Positions 61,968-64,000 of a DNA stretch of 64,000 nt are shown one piece after another; positions within the stretch are counted from its first letter, which is position 1; each line of letters opens with the position of its first letter. The position numbers and the translations under genes are program-made. The stretch comes from Sedimentisphaerales bacterium. GTDB taxonomy: Bacteria; Planctomycetota; Phycisphaerae; Sedimentisphaerales; SM23-30. The stretch covers positions 192,001-256,000 of the forward strand of contig CAXXMR010000013.1 of NCBI GenBank assembly GCA_963663805.2. Reading direction: 5' to 3'. Below the pieces are notes generated by a model, which was given only the letters and a program-made list of their open reading frames with translations, made no database searches and was not told the DNA's origin.

Positions 61968-63164
61968 ATGATGATACAGGCCCTTATTTTTGGCGATAAA
62001 TATACCGTATGGGAAATCCTGGCCAATTACTGGCCCATTTTCCCCGTAGCTTTCCTGACATCGCTCATCGCTACACCTGTTTGTCGTAGCGTTGCCCTCA
62101 AACTGAACATTGTCGACCGACCTGACAATAAGGTTAAGACCCACGCCCAAGCCACCGCCTACCTCGGCGGAGTTGGTATTATGGGTGGGTTCCTCGTTGG
62201 TATATTCATCGGTTTTGTCATGCTCTTCAAATACGGCTCGTATGTTAGCCCTGAAGTTGCTGACCAGGCTGGCGGATATTCTGGCAAATACCCAAGTTGG
62301 CTATTGCTCGCTGGTATCGGCCTGGGCGCTTCCGTTGCCTGCATGGTAGGCCTGCTTGATGACATCCTCGACCTGAGGCCCAAACAGAAATTCATCGGCC
62401 AGGCCCTCGCCGCAGCAATCCTGCTCGTCGTCGGAATTAAGCCGGATATTGCAGCGACTCTTTCCGCCTGTGGCATCCATATTTCACCCACGGTCAATAT
62501 GATTTTATCCGTCCCTGTTGTTCTGTTCTTCATCCTTGGTGCAACCAACAGCCTTAATCTTCTCGACGGCCTTGACGGACTGTGTGGGGGAGTGACAGCC
62601 ATTATTACCACAGCCCTGCTGTTGGTCGCTATAAGCCTGGCCACCTGGTCTCACAGTCACGTAGCCGACCCGGTTCGAGTGATTGTCGCTTTGGCACTGG
62701 TAGGCGCCACGCTCGGATTCCTCCCCTTGAACCGTCACCCCGCCAAAATCTTCATGGGCGACGCCGGTAGTGTGCTGCTCGGTTTCGTCGTTGGTACTCT
62801 AATGATTCTCCTGCTCGAAAAAGTCGGACGCTGGTCCGTTGCTTCCATCATCATCTTCGGCCTGCCCATCCTCGACACTGCCGTCGCCCTCGTCCGCCGA
62901 GCCCTCAACAAACGTCCTTTGTTCGTCTCCGACCGCGGCCACATCTACGACCAGCTCATGGACCGCGGCCATTCTCTGACCAAATCCGTAAAAATCTGCT
63001 ACACCCTGGCAGCCCTCTACGCCCTCATAGGCCTGGCCGTTCTGCCTCTGCGTTTTCGCTACAGCATAATAGTTTTTGTACTTGTTTTTGCAATATCAGG
63101 CTTGATTGTCTGGCGTAAAGGGTTCCTCAAAATGAAACCACTCAATGACCAGCAGTCTAAATAA
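61968..63164 (+). CDS. MraY/WecA-family undecaprenyl-phosphate sugar-1-phosphate transferase
   Basis: GLLDD, NLLDGLDGL, FMGDAGS and DRGHI motifs; multiple TM segments. Confidence 0.9.
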   Translation: MMIQALIFGDKYTVWEILANYWPIFPVAFLTSLIATPVCRSVALKLNIVDRPDNKVKTHAQATAYLGGVGIMGGFLVGIFIGFVMLFKYGSYVSPEVADQAGGYSGKYPSWLLLAGIGLGASVACMVGLLDDILDLRPKQKFIGQALAAAILLVVGIKPDIAATLSACGIHISPTVNMILSVPVVLFFILGATNSLNLLDGLDGLCGGVTAIITTALLLVAISLATWSHSHVADPVRVIVALALVGATLGFLPLNRHPAKIFMGDAGSVLLGFVVGTLMILLLEKVGRWSVASIIIFGLPILDTAVALVRRALNKRPLFVSDRGHIYDQLMDRGHSLTKSVKICYTLAALYALIGLAVLPLRFRYSIIVFVLVFAISGLIVWRKGFLKMKPLNDQQSK

Positions 63165-63186
63165 ATCGAACTAATCCGGTATCGAA

Positions 63187-64000
63187 ATGCCCCAGGACAA
63201 AACATCAGCTATCAACCCGGCCCCTCAACCCGGCCTTGGACGCGAATACCTTGCGATTTTCATCCCTGCCGCCCTGCTCTATTTTGCAACCACCGCACCC
63301 GGCGTACTCTGGCAGGACAGCGGTATGCTCCATATCCGAGTTTGCCTGGCTGACTACACCGGCGACCTCGGCCTGGCACTTAGCCATCCCGTATATTTTC
63401 TCATGGCACGCTTTTGGGCCGCGCTAATCCATTTCGGTGATTACGCCTGGCGTATAAATCTCTTCTCCGCCCTCGCCGCCGCCCTTACCATTGCCAACCT
63501 TTACCTGATAATCAGACTATTCAAATTCGACCGCTTCCCCGCCATACTAGCGACCCTCACCCTCGCTTTCGCCCATACCTTCTGGTTCCACGCCGTCCTC
63601 GCCGAAATCTACACCCTCTGCACAATGTTTCTTTCGTTCGAAATCATCTGCCTGACTCAATACTTCAATACAAACAAAAAATCATATCTCTACCTGATGT
63701 TCTTCCTTAACGGCCTCGCCGTCGCCAACCACAACCTCGCTGGCTTGGCCCTGTTCTGCTACGCACTGCTGGCCCTCTATCTGCTGTTCACAAAAAAACT
63801 AAAATTAACCTCCTGTTTTATCATTCTTATTACCTGGATGATAGGTGCCCTGCCATTCGAATACCTCATAATCCGCGAAATCATCAACGGCTCCACCATC
63901 CCCGTCGCCTTACATTCCGCCGCCTTCGGTGAATATCAAGGCAGCGTACTCAGCACCGAAATTCCGTTCAGTCGCGTAATGCTCTACGTCCTCATGAATT
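63187..64000 (+). CDS. DUF2723-type membrane glycosyltransferase, 3' truncated by the window
   Basis: Manually translated: T.APGVLWQDSG...HP.Y...NLFSA...FW.HAV.AEIY.L...NH. Confidence 0.75.
   Translation, partial: MPQDKTSAINPAPQPGLGREYLAIFIPAALLYFATTAPGVLWQDSGMLHIRVCLADYTGDLGLALSHPVYFLMARFWAALIHFGDYAWRINLFSALAAALTIANLYLIIRLFKFDRFPAILATLTLAFAHTFWFHAVLAEIYTLCTMFLSFEIICLTQYFNTNKKSYLYLMFFLNGLAVANHNLAGLALFCYALLALYLLFTKKLKLTSCFIILITWMIGALPFEYLIIREIINGSTIPVALHSAAFGEYQGSVLSTEIPFSRVMLYVLMN

Overview
Bacterial chromosome segment. The host is probably a planctomycete (Phycisphaerae-like), an inference from the dockerin/PEP-CTERM/sulfatase-rich flank. Bases 1-~50190 are the right part of a >50 kb genomic island integrated at the 3' end of tRNA-Phe(GAA), with a tyrosine integrase and xis next to the tRNA; the other att site is not in the window. 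The island carries: (i) an Mza-like MORC-Z1-PD(D/E)XK-AIPR defence locus with a C5 methyltransferase and vsr; (ii) adjacent IS21 and IS1380 elements; (iii) a complete ubiquitin-like cassette (Ubl, E2-like with a Cys-rich tail, JAB, E1); (iv) an archaeal-style replication module, i.e. a full-length Orc1/Cdc6 gene preceded by ORB-like boxes flanking an AT-rich stretch, inside a ~7.4 kb zone containing six BRE-TATA-like motifs; (v) two HerA/FtsK-like ATPase-wHTH-nuclease fusions; (vi) a NACHT-HEAT protein; (vii) a ~10 kb operon with vWA-TM-FHA, tubulin-like and ThiF genes; (viii) ArdC-like and radical SAM genes. Bases 50263-64000 are ordinary host genes (secreted/PEP-CTERM proteins, response regulator, sulfatase, murA, prmC, ATP-grasp, MraY/WecA-like and DUF2723 glycosyltransferases). 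About eleven single-base (+1) frameshifts in island genes look like consensus errors. All family assignments come from motif reading, not from database searches.
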